This document shows, one piece after another, positions 47,601 to 62,600 of a stretch of 64,000 nt of DNA. Under the pieces are notes generated by a model that was not told where the DNA came from, did not search any database, and saw only the letters and a list, made by a program, of their open reading frames with translations. Source of the stretch: Eledone cirrhosa (lineage: Eukaryota); contig CAXHJY010000096.1 in the NCBI GenBank assembly GCA_964016885.1, positions 1,922,001 to 1,986,000 of the forward strand. Direction: 5' to 3'. How positions within the stretch are numbered: position 1 is the stretch's first letter; each line of letters starts with the position of its first letter. A program made the position numbers and the translations under genes.

Positions 47601-50600
47601 AAAAAAATCAGGGGGAGATAATTTGTAAAAAAAAATCAGGGGGAGATAATTTGTAAAAAAAATCAAGGGGAGATAATTTCCAGCCGTCCAAGGGGAGATA
47701 ATTTTCAGCCGTCCAAGGAGAGGTAATTTCTAGCCGTCCAAGGGGAGATAATTTCCAGCCGTCCAAGGGGAGGTAATTTCCAGCCGTCCAAGGGGAGATA
47801 ATTTTTAAAAAAAAATCAGGCGGAGATAATTTGTAAAAAAAATCAAGGGGAGATAATTTGCAGCCGTCCAAGGGGAGATAATTTTCAGTCGTCCAAGGAG
47901 AGGTAATTTCTAGCCGTCCAAGGGGAGATAATTTCCAGCCGTCCAAGGGGAGATAATTTCCAGCCGTCCAAGGGGAGATAATTTTTTTTAAAAAATCAGG
48001 CGGAGATAATTTGTAAAAAAAATCAGGGGGAGATAATTTGTAAACAAAATCAGGGGGAGATAATTTGTAAAAAAAAATCAGGGGGAGATAATTTGTAAAA
48101 AAAATCATGGAGAGATAATTTCCAGCCGTCCAAGGGGAGATAATTTCCAGCCTTCCAAGGAGACATATTTTCCAGCCGTCCAAGGCGAGGTAATTTCTAG
48201 CCGTCCAAGGGGAGATAAATTCCAGCCTCCAAGGGGAGATAATTTCCAGCCAGCCAAGTGGAGATAATTTGTAAAAAAATCAGGGGGAGATAATTTGTAA
48301 AAAATATCAGGGAGATAATTTGTAAAAAAAAATCAGGGGGAGATAATTTGTAAAAAAAATCAGGGGGAGATAATTTGTAAAAAAAAATCAGGGGGAGATA
48401 ATTTGTAAAAAAAATCAAGGGGAGATAATTTCCAGCCGTCCAAGGGGAGATAATTTTCAGCCGTCCAAGGGGAGATAATTTCCCGCCAGCCAAGGGAAGA
48501 TAATATTTAAAAAAATCAGGCGGAGATAATTTGTAAAAAAAATCAGGGGGAGATAATTTGTAAAAAAATCAGGGGGAGATAATTTGTAAAAAAAAAATCA
48601 GGGGGAGATAATTTGTAAAAAAAATCAGGGGGAGATAATTTGTAAAAAAAAATCAGGGGTAGATAATTTGTAAACAAAAATCAGGGGGAGATAATTTGTA
48701 AAAAAAAATCAGGGGGAGATAATTTGTAAAAAAAATGAAAGGGGAGATAATATCCAGCCGTCCAAGGGGAGATAATTTCCAGCCGTCCAAGGAGACATAT
48801 TTTCCAGCCGTCCAAGGAGAGGTAATTCCTAGCCGTCCAAGGGGAGATAAATTCCAGCCTCCAAGGGGAGATAATTTGTAAAAAAAATCAGGGGGAGATA
48901 ATTTGTAAAAAAAATCAGGGGGAGATAATTTGTAAAAAAAATCAGGGGGAGATAATTTGTAAAAAAAAATCAGGGGTAGATAATTTGTAAAAAATAATCA
49001 GGGGGAGATAATTTGTAAAAAAAATCAAGGGGAGATAATTTCCAGCCGTCCAAGGGGAGATAATTTTCAGCCGTCCAAGGGGAGATAATTTCCCGCCAGC
49101 CAAGGGAAGATAATATTTGAAAAAATCAGGCGGAGATAATTTGTAAAAAAAATCAGGGGGAGATAATTTGTAAAAAAATCAGGGGGAGATAATTTGTAAA
49201 AAAAAAATCATGGGGAGATAATTTGTAAAAAAAATCAGGGGGAGATAATTTGTAAAAAAAAATCAGGGGTAGATAAATTGTAAAAAAAAATCAGGGGGAG
49301 ATAATTTGTAAAAAAAATCAGGGGGAGATAATTTGTAAAAAAAATGAAAGGGGAGATAATATCCAGCCGTCCAAGGGGAGATAATTTCCAGCCGTCCAAG
49401 GGGAGATAATTTCCAGCCGTCCAAGGGGAGATAATTTCCATCCTTCCAAGGGGATATAATTTCCAGCCGTCCAAGGGGAGATAATTTCCCGCCAGCCAAG
49501 GGAAGATAATTTTTAAAAAAATCAGGCGGAGATTGTAAAAAAAATCAGGGGGGAGATAATTTGTAAAAAAATCAGGGGGAGATAATTTGTAAAAAAAAAT
49601 CAGGGGGAGATAATTTGTAAAAAATAATCAGGGGGAGATAATTTGTAAAAAAAAATCAAGGGGAGATAATTTCCAGCCGTCCAAGGGGAGGTAATATCTA
49701 GCCGTCCAAGGGGAGATAATTTCCAGCCGTCCAACGGGAGATAATTTCCAGCCGTCCATGGGTAGATAATATCCAGCCGCCCAAGGACATATTTTCCAGC
49801 CGTCCAAGGAGAGGTAATTTCTAGCCGTCCAAGGGGAGATAATTACAGCCGTCCAAGGGTAGATAATATCCAGCCGTCCAAGGACATATTTTCCAGCCGT
49901 CCAAGGAGAGGTAATTTCTAGCCGTCCAAGGGGAGATAAATTCCAGCCTCCAAGGGGAGATAATTTCCAGCCAGCCAAGGGGAGATAATTTGTAAAAAAA
50001 TCAGGGGGAGATAATTTGTAAAAAAAATCAGGGGGAGATAATTTGTAAAAAAAAATCAGGGGGAGATAATTTGTAAAAAAAAATCAGGGGGAGATAATTT
50101 GCAAAAAAAATCAGGGGGAGATAATTTGTAAAAAAAAATCAGGGGTAGATAATTTGTAAAAAAAAATCAGGGGGAGATAATTTGTAAAAAAAAATCAGGG
50201 GGAGATAATTTGTAAAAAAAATCAAGGGGAGATAATTTCCAGCCGTCCAAGGGAAGATAATTTCCAGCCCTCCAAGGGGCTATAATTTCCAGCGTCCAAG
50301 GGGAGATAATTTCCAGCCAGCGAAGGGGAGATAATTTTTTTTAAAAAATCATTGGGAGATTTGTAAAAAAAATCAGGGGGAGATAATTTGTAAAAAAAAT
50401 CAAGGGGAGATAATTTCCAGCCGTCCAAGGGGAGGTAATATCTAGCCGTCCAAGGGGAGATAATTTCCAGCCGTCCAACGGGAGATAATTTCCAGCCGTC
50501 CATGGGTAGATAATATCCAGCCGCCCAAGGACATATTTTCCAGCCGTCCAAGGAGAGGTAATTTCTAGCCGTCCAAGGGGAGATAATTTCCAGCCGTCCA

Positions 50601-53600
50601 AGGGTAGATAATATCCAGCCGTCCAAGGACATATTTTCCAGCCGTCCAAGGAGAGGTAATTTCTAGCCGTCCAAGGGGAGATAAATTCCAGCCTCCAAGG
50701 GGAGATAATTTCCAGCCAGCCAAGGGGAGATAATTTGTAAAAAAATCAGGGGGAGATAATTTGTAAAAAAAATCAGGGGGAGATAATTTGTAAAAAAAAA
50801 TCAGGGGGAGATAATTTGTAAAAAAAAATCAGGGGGAGATAATTTGCAAAAAAAATCAGGGGGAGATAATTTGTAAAAAAAAATCAGGGGTAGATAATTT
50901 GTAAAAAAAAATCAGGGGGAGATAATTTGTAAAAAAAAATCAGGGGGAGATAATTTGTAAAAAAAATCAAGGGGAGATAATTTCCAGCCGTCCAAGGAGA
51001 GATAATTTTAAAAAAAATCAGGCGGAGATAATTTGTAAAAAAAAATCAGGGGGAGATAATTTGTAAAAAAAATCAGGGGGAGATAATTTGTAAAAAAAAA
51101 TCAGGGGTAGATAATTTGTAAAAAAAAATCAGGGGGAGATAATTTGTAAAAAAAAATCAGGGGGAGATAATTTGTAAAAAAAATCAAGGGGAGATAATTT
51201 CCAGCCGTCCAAGGAGAGATAATTTAAAAAAAAATCAGGGGGAGATAATTTGTAAAAAAAATCAAGGGGAGATAATTTCCAGCCGTCCAAGGGGAGATAA
51301 TTTTCAGCCGTCCAAGGGGAGATAATTTCCCGCCAGCCAAGGGAAGATAATATTCAAAAAAATCAGGCGGAGATAATTTGTAAAAAAAATCAGGGGGAGA
51401 TAATTTGTAAAAAAATCAGGGGGAGATAATTTGTAAAAAAAAAAATCAGGGGGAGATAATTTGTAAAAAAAATCAGGGGGAGATAATTTGTAAAAAAAAA
51501 TCAGGGGTAGATAATTTGTAAAAAAAAATCAGGGGGAGATAATTTGTAAAAAAAAATCAGGGGGAGATAATTTGTAAAAAAAATGAAAGGGGAGATAATA
51601 TCCAGCCGTCCAAGGGGAGATAATTTCCAGCCGTCCAAGGGGAGATAATTTCCAGCCGTCCAAGGGGAGATAATTTCCATCCTTCCAAGGGGATATAATT
51701 TCCAGCCGTCCAAGGGGAGATAATTTCCATCCTTCCAAGGGGATATAATTTCCAGCCGTCCAAGGGGAGATAATTTTCAGCCGTCCAAGGAGAGGTAATT
51801 TCTAGCCGTCCAAGGAGAGATAATTTCCAGCCGTCCAAGGGGAGATAATTTCCAGCCGTCCAAGGGGAGATAATTTCCAGCCGTCCAAGGAGACATATTT
51901 TCCAGCCGTCCAAGGAGAGGTAATTCCTAGCCGTCCAAGGGGAGATAAATTCCAGCCTCCAAGGGGAGATAATTTCCAGCCAGCCAAGGGGAGATAATTT
52001 GTAAAAAAAATCAGGGGGAGAGAATTTGTAAAAAAAATCAGGGGGAGATAATTTGTAAAGAAATCAGGGGGAGATAATTTGTAAAAAAAATCAGGGGGAG
52101 ATAATTTGTAAAAAAAATCAGGGGGAGATAATTTGTAAAAAAAAATCAGGGGGAGATAATTTGTAAAAAAAATCAAGGGGAGATAATTTCCAGCCGTCCA
52201 AGGGAAGATAATTTCCAGCCCTCCAAGGGGCTATAATTTCCAGCGTCCAAGGGGAGATAATTTCCAGCCAGCGAAGGGGAGATAATTTTTTTAAAAAAAT
52301 CATTGGGAGATTTGTAAAAAAATCAGGGGGAGATAATTTGTAAAAAAAATCAAGGGGAGATAATTACCAGCCGTCCAAGGGGAGGTAATATCTAGCCGTC
52401 CAAGGGGTGATAATTTCCAGCCGTCCAAGGGGAGATAATTTCCAGCCGTCCAAGGGTAGATAATATCCAGCCGTCCAAGGACATATTTTCCAGCCGTCCA
52501 AGGAGAGGTAATTTCTAGCCGTCCAAGGGGAGATAAATTCCAGCCTCCAAGGTGAGATAATTTCCAGCCAGCCAAGGGGAGATAATTTGTAAAAAAAAAT
52601 CAGGGGGAGATAATTTGTAAAAAAAATCAAGGGGAGATAATTTCCAGCCGTCCAAGGGGAGATAATTTTCAGCCGTCCAAGGGGAGATAATTTCCCGCCA
52701 GCCAAGGGAAGATAATATTTAAAAAAATCAGGCGGAGATAATTTGTAAAAAAAATCAGGGGGAGATAATTTGTAAAAAAATCAGGGGGAGATAATTTGTA
52801 AAAAAAAAATCAGGGGGAGATAATTTGTAAAAAAAATCAGGGGGAGATAATTTGTAAAAAAAAATCAGGGGTAGATGAATTGTAAAAAAAAATCAGGGGG
52901 AGATAATTTGTAAAAAAAATCAGGGGGAGATAATTTGTAAAAAAAATGAAAGGGGAGATAATATCCAGCCGTCCAAGGGGAGATAATTTCCAGCCGTCCA
53001 AGGGGAGATAATTTCCAGCCGTCCAAGGGGAGATAATTTCCATCCTTCCAAGGGGATATAATTTCCAGCCGTCCAAGGGGAGATAATTTCCCGCCAGCCA
53101 AGGGAAGATAATATTTAAAAAAATTAGGCGGAGATAATTTGTAAAAAAAATCAGGGGGAGATAATTTGTAAAAAATCAGGGGGAGATAATTTGTAAAAAA
53201 AATCAGGGGGAGATAATTTGTAAAAAAAATCATGGGGAGATAATTTGTAAAAAAAAATCAGGGGTAGATAATTTGTAAAAAAAAATCAGGGGGAGATAAT
53301 TTGTAAAAAAAAATCAGGGGGAGATAATTTGTAAAAAAAATCAAGGGGAGATAATTTCCAGCCGTCCAAGGGGAGATAATTTTCAGCCGTCCAAGGAGAG
53401 GTAATTTCTAGCCGTCCAAGGGGAGATAATTTCCAGCCGTCCAAGGGGAGGTAATTTCCAGCCGTCCAAGGGGAGATAATTTTAAAAAAAAAATCAGGCG
53501 GAGATAATTTGTAAAAAAAATCAAGGGGAGATAATTTGCAGCCGTCCAAGGGGAGATAATTTTCAGTCGTCCAAGGAGAGGTAATTTCTAGCCGTCCAAG

Positions 53601-56600
53601 GGGAGATAATTGCCAGCCGTCCAAGGGGAGATAATTTCCAGCCGTCCAAGGGGAGATAATTTTTTTTAAAAAATCAGGCGGAGATAATTTGTAAAAAAAA
53701 TCAGGGGGAGATAATTTGTAAACAAAATCAGGGGGAGATAATTTGTAAAAAAAAATCAGGGGTAGATAATTTGTAAAAAAAAATCAGGGGGAGATAATTT
53801 GTAAAAAAAAATCAGGGGGAGATAATTTGTAAAAAAAATCAAGGGGAGATAATTTCCAGCCGTCCAAGGGGAGATAATTTTCAGCCGTCCAAGGAGAGGT
53901 AATTTCTAGCCGTCCAAGGGGAGATAATTTCCAGCCGTCCAAGGGGAGGTAATTTCCAGCCGTCCAAGGGGAGATAATTTTTAAAAAAAAATCAGGCGGA
54001 GATAATTTGTAAAAAAAATCAAGGGGAGATAATTTGCAGCCGTCCAAGGGGAGATAATTTTCAGTCGTCCAAGGAGAGGTAATTTCTAGCCGTCCAAGGG
54101 GAGATAATTGCCAGCCGTCCAAGGGGAGATAATTTCCAGCCGTCCAAGGGGAGATAATTTTTTTTAAAAAATCAGGCGGAGATAATTTGTAAAAAAAATC
54201 AGGGGGAGATAATTTGTAAACAAATTCAGGGGGAGATAATTTGTAAAAAAAAATCAGGGGGAGATAATTTGTAAAAAAAATCATGGAGAGATAATTTCCA
54301 GCCGTCCAAGGGGAGATAATTTCCAGCCTTCCAAGGAGACATATTTTCCAGCCGTCCAAGGCGAGGTAATTTCTAGCCGTCCAAGGGGAGATAAATTCCA
54401 GCCTCCAAGGGGAGATAATTTCCAGCCAGCCAAGTGGAGATAATTTGTAAAAAAATCAGGGGGAGATAATTTGTAAAAAATATCAGGGAGATAATTTGTA
54501 AAAAAAAATCAGGGGGAGATAATTTGTAAAAAAAATCAGGGGGAGATAATTTGTAAAAAAAAATCAGGGGGAGATAATTTGTAAAAAAAATCAAGGGGAG
54601 ATAATTTCCAGCCGTCCAAGGGGAGATAATTTTCAGCCGTCCAAGGGGAGATAATTTCCCGCCAGCCAAGGGAAGATAATATTTAAAAAAATCAGGCGGA
54701 GATAATTTGTAAAAAAAATCAGGGGGAGATAATTTGTAAAAAAATCAGGGGGAGATAATTTGTAAAAAAAAAATCAGGGGGAGATAATTTGTAAAAAAAA
54801 TCAGGGGGAGATAATTTGTAAAAAAAAATCAGGGGTAGATAATTTGTAAACAAAAATCAGGGGGAGATAATTTGTAAAAAAAAATCAGGGGGAGATAATT
54901 TGTAAAAAAAATGAAAGGGGAGATAATATCCAGCCGTCCAAGGGGAGATAATTTCCAGCCGTCCAAGGAGACATATTTTCCAGCCGTCCAAGGAGAGGTA
55001 ATTCCTAGCCGTCCAAGGGGAGATAAATTCCAGCCTCCAAGGGGAGATAATTTGTAAAAAAAATCAGGGGGAGATAATTTGTAAAAAAAATCAGGGGGAG
55101 ATAATTTGTAAAAAAAATCAGGGGGAGATAATTTGTAAAAAAAAATCAGGGGTAGATAATTTGTAAAAAATAATCAGGGGGAGATAATTTGTAAAAAAAA
55201 TCAAGGGGAGATAATTTCCAGCCGTCCAAGGGGAGATAATTTTCAGCCGTCCAAGGGGAGATAATTTCCCGCCAGCCAAGGGAAGATAATATTTAAAAAA
55301 ATTAGGCGGAGATAATTTGTAAAAAAAATCAGGGGTAGATAATTTGTAAAAAAATCAGGGGGAGATAATTTGTAAAAAAAATCAGGGGGAGATAATTTGT
55401 AAAAAAAATCAGGGGGAGATAATTTGTAAAAAAAAATCAGGGGGAGATAATTTGTAAAAAAAATCAAGGGGAGATAATTTCCAGCCGTCCAAGGGAAGAT
55501 AATTTCCAGCCCTCCAAGGGGCTATAATTTCCAGCGTCCAAGGGGAGATAATTTCCAGCCAGCGAAGGGGAGATAATTTTTTTTAAAAAATCATTGGGAG
55601 ATTTGTAAAAAAAATCAGGGGGAGATAATTTGTAAAAAAAATCAAGGGGAGATAATTTCCAGCCGTCCAAGGGGAGGTAATATCTAGCCGTCCAAGGGGA
55701 GATAATTTCCAGCCGTCCAAGGGGAGATAATTTCCAGCCGTCCAAGGGTAGATAATATCCAGCCGTCCAAGGACATATTTTCCAGCCGTCCAAGGAGAGG
55801 TAATTTCTAGCCGTCCAAGGGGAGATAAATTCCAGCCTCCAAGGTGAGATAATTTCCAGCCAGCCAAGGGGAGATAATTTGTAAAAAAATCAGGGGGAGA
55901 TAATTTGTAAAAAAAATCAGGGGGAGATAATTTGTAAAAAAAAATCAGGGGGAGATAATTTGTAAAAAAAAATCAGGGGGAGATAATTTGTAAAAAAAAA
56001 TCAGGGGGAGATAATTTGTAAAAAAATCAAGGGGAGATAATTTCCAGCCGTCCAAGGGGAGATAATTTTCAGCCGTCCAAGGGGAGATAATTTCCCGCCA
56101 GCCAAGGGAAGATAATATTTGAAAAAATCAGGCGGAGATAATTTGTAAAAAAAATCAGGGGGAGATAATTTGTAAAAAAATCAGGGGGAGATAATTTGTA
56201 AAAAAAAAATCATGGGGAGATAATTTGTAAAAAAAATCAGGGGGAGATAATTTGTAAAAAAAAATCAGGGGTAGATAAATTGTAAAAAAAAATCAGGGGG
56301 AGATAATTTGTAAAAAAAATCAGGGGGAGATAATTTGTAAAAAAAATGAAAGGGGAGATAATATCCAGCCGTCCAAGGGGAGATAATTTCCAGCCGTCCA
56401 AGGGGAGATAATTTCCAGCCGTCCAAGGGGAGATAATTTCCATCCTTCCAAGGGGATATAATTTCCAGCCGTCCAAGGGGAGATAATTTCCCGCCAGCCA
56501 AGGGAAGATAATTTTTAAAAAAATCAGGCGGAGATTGTAAAAAAAATCAGGGGGGAGATAATTTGTAAAAAAATCAGGGGGAGATAATTTGTAAAAAAAA

Positions 56601-59600
56601 ATCAGGGGGAGATAATTTGTAAAAAATAATCAGGGGGAGATAATTTGTAAAAAAAAATCAAGGGGAGATAATTTCCAGCCGTCCAAGGGGAGGTAATATC
56701 TAGCCGTCCAAGGGGAGATAATTTCCAGCCGTCCAACGGGAGATAATTTCCAGCCGTCCATGGGTAGATAATATCCAGCCGCCCAAGGACATATTTTCCA
56801 GCCGTCCAAGGAGAGGTAATTTCTAGCCGTCCAAGGGGAGATAATTACAGCCGTCCAAGGGTAGATAATATCCAGCCGTCCAAGGACATATTTTCCAGCC
56901 GTCCAAGGAGAGGTAATTTCTAGCCGTCCAAGGGGAGATAAATTCCAGCCTCCAAGGGGAGATAATTTCCAGCCAGCCAAGGGGAGATAATTTGTAAAAA
57001 AATCAGGGGGAGATAATTTGTAAAAAAAATCAGGGGGAGATAATTTGTAAAAAAAAATCAGGGGGAGATAATTTGTAAAAAAAAATCAGGGGGAGATAAT
57101 TTGCAAAAAAAATCAGGGGGAGATAATTTGTAAAAAAAAATCAGGGGTAGATAATTTGTAAAAAAAAATCAGGGGGAGATAATTTGTAAAAAAAAATCAG
57201 GGGGAGATAATTTGTAAAAAAAATCAAGGGGAGATAATTTCCAGCCGTCCAAGGGAAGATAATTTCCAGCCCTCCAAGGGGCTATAATTTCCAGCGTCCA
57301 AGGGGAGATAATTTCCAGCCAGCGAAGGGGAGATAATTTTTTTTAAAAAATCATTGGGAGATTTGTAAAAAAAATCAGGGGGAGATAATTTGTAAAAAAA
57401 ATCAAGGGGAGATAATTTCCAGCCGTCCAAGGGGAGGTAATATCTAGCCGTCCAAGGGGAGATAATTTCCAGCCGTCCAACGGGAGATAATTTCCAGCCG
57501 TCCATGGGTAGATAATATCCAGCCGCCCAAGGACATATTTTCCAGCCGTCCAAGGAGAGGTAATTTCTAGCCGTCCAAGGGGAGATAATTTCCAGCCGTC
57601 CAAGGGTAGATAATATCCAGCCGTCCAAGGACATATTTTCCAGCCGTCCAAGGAGAGGTAATTTCTAGCCGTCCAAGGGGAGATAAATTCCAGCCTCCAA
57701 GGGGAGATAATTTCCAGCCAGCCAAGGGGAGATAATTTGTAAAAAAATCAGGGGGAGATAATTTGTAAAAAAAATCAGGGGGAGATAATTTGTAAAAAAA
57801 AATCAGGGGGAGATAATTTGTAAAAAAAATCAGGGGGAGATAATTTGTAAAAAAAAATCAGGGGTAGATAATTTGTAAAAAAAAATCAGGGGGAGATAAT
57901 TTGTAAAAAAAAATCAGGGGGAGATAATTTGTAAAAAAAATCAAGGGGAGATAATTTCCAGCCGTCCAAGGAGAGATAATTTTAAAAAAAATCAGGCGGA
58001 GATAATTTGTAAAAAAAAATCAGGGGGAGATAATTTGTAAAAAAAATCAGGGGGAGATAATTTGTAAAAAAAAATCAGGGGTAGATAATTTGTAAAAAAA
58101 AATCAGGGGGAGATAATTTGTAAAAAAAAATCAGGGGGAGATAATTTGTAAAAAAAATCAAGGGGAGATAATTTCCAGCCGTCCAAGGAGAGATAATTTA
58201 AAAAAAAATCAGGGGGAGATAATTTGTAAAAAAAATCAAGGGGAGATAATTTCCAGCCGTCCAAGTGGAGATAATTTTCAGCCGTCCAAGGGGAGATAAT
58301 TTCCCGCCAGCCAAGGGAAGATAATATTCAAAAAAATCAGGCGGAGATAATTTGTAAAAAAAATCAGGGGGAGATAATTTGTAAAAAAATCAGGGGGAGA
58401 TAATTTGTAAAAAAAAAAATCAGGGGGAGATAATTTGTAAAAAAAATCAGGGGGAGATAATTTGTAAAAAAAAATCAGGGGTAGATAATTTGTAAAAAAA
58501 AATCAGGGGGAGATAATTTGTAAAAAAAAATCAGGGGGAGATAATTTGTAAAAAAAATGAAAGGGGAGATAATATCCAGCCGTCCAAGGGGAGATAATTT
58601 CCAGCCGTCCAAGGGGAGATAATTTCCAGCCGTCCAAGGGGAGATAATTTCCATCCTTCCAAGGGGATATAATTTCCAGCCGTCCAAGGGGAGATAATTT
58701 CCATCCTTCCAAGGGGATATAATTTCCAGCCGTCCAAGGGGAGATAATTTTCAGCCGTCCAAGGAGAGGTAATTTCTAGCCGTCCAAGGAGAGATAATTT
58801 CCAGCCGTCCAAGGGGAGATAATTTCCAGCCGTCCAAGGGGAGATAATTTCCAGCCGTCCAAGGAGACATATTTTCCAGCCGTCCAAGGAGAGGTAATTC
58901 CTAGCCGTCCAAGGGGAGATAAATTCCAGCCTCCAAGGGGAGATAATTTCCAGCCAGCCAAGGGGAGATAATTTGTAAAAAAAATCAGGGGGAGATAATT
59001 TGTAAAAAAAATCAGGGGGAGATAATTTGTAAAGAAATCAGGGGGAGATAATTTGTAAAAAAAAATCAGGGGGAGATAATTTGTAAAAAAAATCAGGGGG
59101 AGATAATTTGTAAAAAAAAATCAGGGGGAGATAATTTGTAAAAAAAATCAAGGGGAGATAATTTCCAGCCGTCCAAGGGAAGATAATTTCCAGCCCTCCA
59201 AGGGGCTATAATTTCCAGCGTCCAAGGGGAGATAATTTCCAGCCAGCGAAGGGGAGATAATTTTTTTAAAAAAATCATTGGGAGATTTGTAAAAAAATCA
59301 GGGGGAGATAATTTGTAAAAAAAATCAAGGGGAGATAATTACCAGCCGTCCAAGGGGAGGTAATATCTAGCCGTCCAAGGGGTGATAATTTCCAGCCGTC
59401 CAAGGGGAGATAATTTCCAGCCGTCCAAGGGTAGATAATATCCAGCCGTCCAAGGACATATTTTCCAGCCGTCCAAGGAGAGGTAATTTCTAGCCGTCCA
59501 AGGGGAGATAAATTCCAGCCTCCAAGGTGAGATAATTTCCAGCCAGCCAAGGGGAGATAATTTGTAAAAAAAAATCAGGGGGAGATAATTTGTAAAAAAA

Positions 59601-62600
59601 ATCAAGGGGAGATAATTTCCAGCCGTCCAAGGGGAGATAATTTTCAGCCGTCCAAGGGGAGATAATTTCCCGCCAGCCAAGGGAAGATAATATTTAAAAA
59701 AATCAGGCGGAGATAATTTGTAAAAAAAATCAGGGGGAGATAATTTGTAAAAAAATCAGGGGGAGATAATTTGTAAAAAAAAAATCAGGGGGAGATAATT
59801 TGTAAAAAAAATCAGGGGGAGATAATTTGTAAAAAAAAATCAGGGGTAGATGAATTGTAAAAAAAAATCAGGGGGAGATAATTTGTAAAAAAAATCAGGG
59901 GGAGATAATTTGTAAAAAAAATGAAAGGGGAGATAATATCCAGCCGTCCAAGGGGAGATAATTTCCAGCCGTCCAAGGGGAGATAATTTCCAGCCGTCCA
60001 AGGGGAGATAATTTCCATCCTTCCAAGGGGATATAATTTCCAGCCGTCCAAGGGGAGATAATTTCCCGCCAGCCAAGATAAGATAATATTTAAAAAAATT
60101 AGGCGGAGATAATTTGTAAAAAAAATCAGGGGGAGATAATTTGTAAAAAATCAGGGGGAGATAATTTGTAAAAAAAATCAGGGGGAGATAATTTGTAAAA
60201 AAAATCATGGGGAGATAATTTGTAAAAAAAAATCAGGGGTAGATAATTTGTAAAAAAAAATCAGGGGGAGATAATTTGTAAAAAAAAATCAGGGGGAGAT
60301 AATTTGTAAAAAAAATCAAGGGGAGATAATTTCCAGCCGTCCAAGGGGAGATAATTTTCAGCCGTCCAAGGAGAGGTAATTTCTAGCCGTCCAAGGGGAG
60401 ATAATTTCCAGCCGTCCAAGGGGAGGTAATTTCCAGCCGTCCAAGGGGAGATAATTTAAAAAAAAAAATCAGGCGGAGATAATTTGTAAAAAAAATCAAG
60501 GGGAGATAATTTGCAGCCGTCCAAGGGGAGATAATTTTCAGTCGTCCAAGGAGAGGTAATTTCTAGCCGTCCAAGGGGAGATAATTGCCAGCCGTCCAAG
60601 GGGAGATAATTTCCAGCCGTCCAAGGGGAGATAATTTTTTTTAAAAAATCAGGCGGAGATAATTTGTAAAAAAAATCAGGGGGAGATAATTTGTAAACAA
60701 AATCAGGGGGAGATAATTTGTAAAAAAAAATCAGGGGTAGATAATTTGTAAAAAAAAATCAGGGGGAGATAATTTGTAAAAAAAAATCAGGGGGAGATAA
60801 TTTGTAAAAAAAATCAAGGGGAGATAATTTCCAGCCGTCCAAGGGGAGATAATTTTCAGCCGTCCAAGGAGAGGTAATTTCTAGCCGTCCAAGGGGAGAT
60901 AATTTCCAGCCGTCCAAGGGGAGGTAATTTCCAGCCGTCCAAGGGGAGATAATTTTAAAAAAAAATCAGGCGGAGATAATTTGTAAAAAAAATCAAGGGG
61001 AGATAATTTGCAGCCGTCCAAGGGGAGATAATTTTCAGTCGTCCAAGGAGAGGTAATTTCTAGCCGTCCAAGGGGAGATAATTGCCAGCCGTCCAAGGGG
61101 AGATAATTTCCAGCCGTCCAAGGGGAGATAATTTTTTTTAAAAAATCAGGCGGAGATAATTTGTAAAAAAAATCAGGGGGAGATAATTTGTAAACAAAAT
61201 CAGGGGGAGATAATTTGTAAAAAAAAATCAGGGGGAGATAATTTGTAAAAAAAATCATGGAGAGATAATTTCCAGCCGTCCAAGGGGAGATAATTTCCAG
61301 CCTTCCAAGGAGACATATTTTCCAGCCGTCCAAGGCGAGGTAATTTCTAGCCGTCCAAGGGGAGATAAATTCCAGCCTCCAAGGGGAGATAATTTCCAGC
61401 CAGCCAAGTGGAGATAATTTGTAAAAAAATCAGGGGGAGATAATTTGTAAAAAATATCAGGGAGATAATTTGTAAAAAAAAATCAGGGGGAGATAATTTG
61501 TAAAAAAAATCAGGGGGAGATAATTTGTAAAAAAAAATCAGGGGGAGATAATTTGTAAAAAAAATCAAGGGGAGATAATTTCCAGCCGTCCAAGGGGAGA
61601 TAATTTTCAGCCGTCCAAGGGGAGATAATTTCCCGCCAGCCAAGGGAAGATAATATTTAAAAAAATCAGGCGGAGATAATTTGTAAAAAAAATCAGGGGG
61701 AGATAATTTGTAAAAAAATCAGGGGGAGATAATTTGTAAAAAAAAAATCAGGGGGAGATAATTTGTAAAAAAAATCAGGGGGAGATAATTTGTAAAAAAA
61801 AATCAGGGGTAGATAATTTGTAAACAAAAATCAGGGGGAGATAATTTGTAAAAAAAAATCAGGGGGAGATAATTTGTAAAAAAAATGAAAGGGGAGATAA
61901 TATCCAGCCGTCCAAGGGGAGATAATTTCCAGCCGTCCAAGGGGATATAATTTCCAGCCGTCCAAGGGGAGATAATTTCCATCCTTCCAAGGGGATATAA
62001 TTTCCAGCCGTCCAAGGGGAGATAATTTCCCGCCAGCCAAGGGAAGATAATTTTTAAAAAAATCAGGCGGAGATTGTAAAAAAAATCAGGGGGGAGATAA
62101 TTTGTAAAAAAATCAGGGGGAGATAATTTGTAAAAAATAATCAGGGGGAGATAATTTGTAAAAAAATTCAAGGGGAGATAATTTCCAGCCGTCCAAGGGG
62201 AGATAATTTCCCGCCAGCCAAGGGAAGATAATATTTAAAAAAATCAGGCGGAGATTGTAAAAAAAATCAGGGGGGAGATAATTTGTAAAAAAATCAGGGG
62301 GAGATAATTTGTAAAAAAAATCAGGGGGAGATAATTTGTAAAAAAATCAGGGGGAGATAATTTGTAAAAAAAATCAGGGGGAGATAATTTGTAAAAAAAA
62401 TCATGGGGAGATAATTTGTAAAAAGAAATCAGGGGTAGATAATTTGTAAAAAAAAATCAGGGGGAGATAATTTGTAAAAAAAAATCAGGGGGAGATAATT
62501 TGTAAAAAAAATCAAGGGGAGATAATATCCAGCCGTCCAAGGAGAGATAATTTCAAAAAAAAATGAGGCGGAGATAATTTGTAAAAAAAAAATCAGGGGG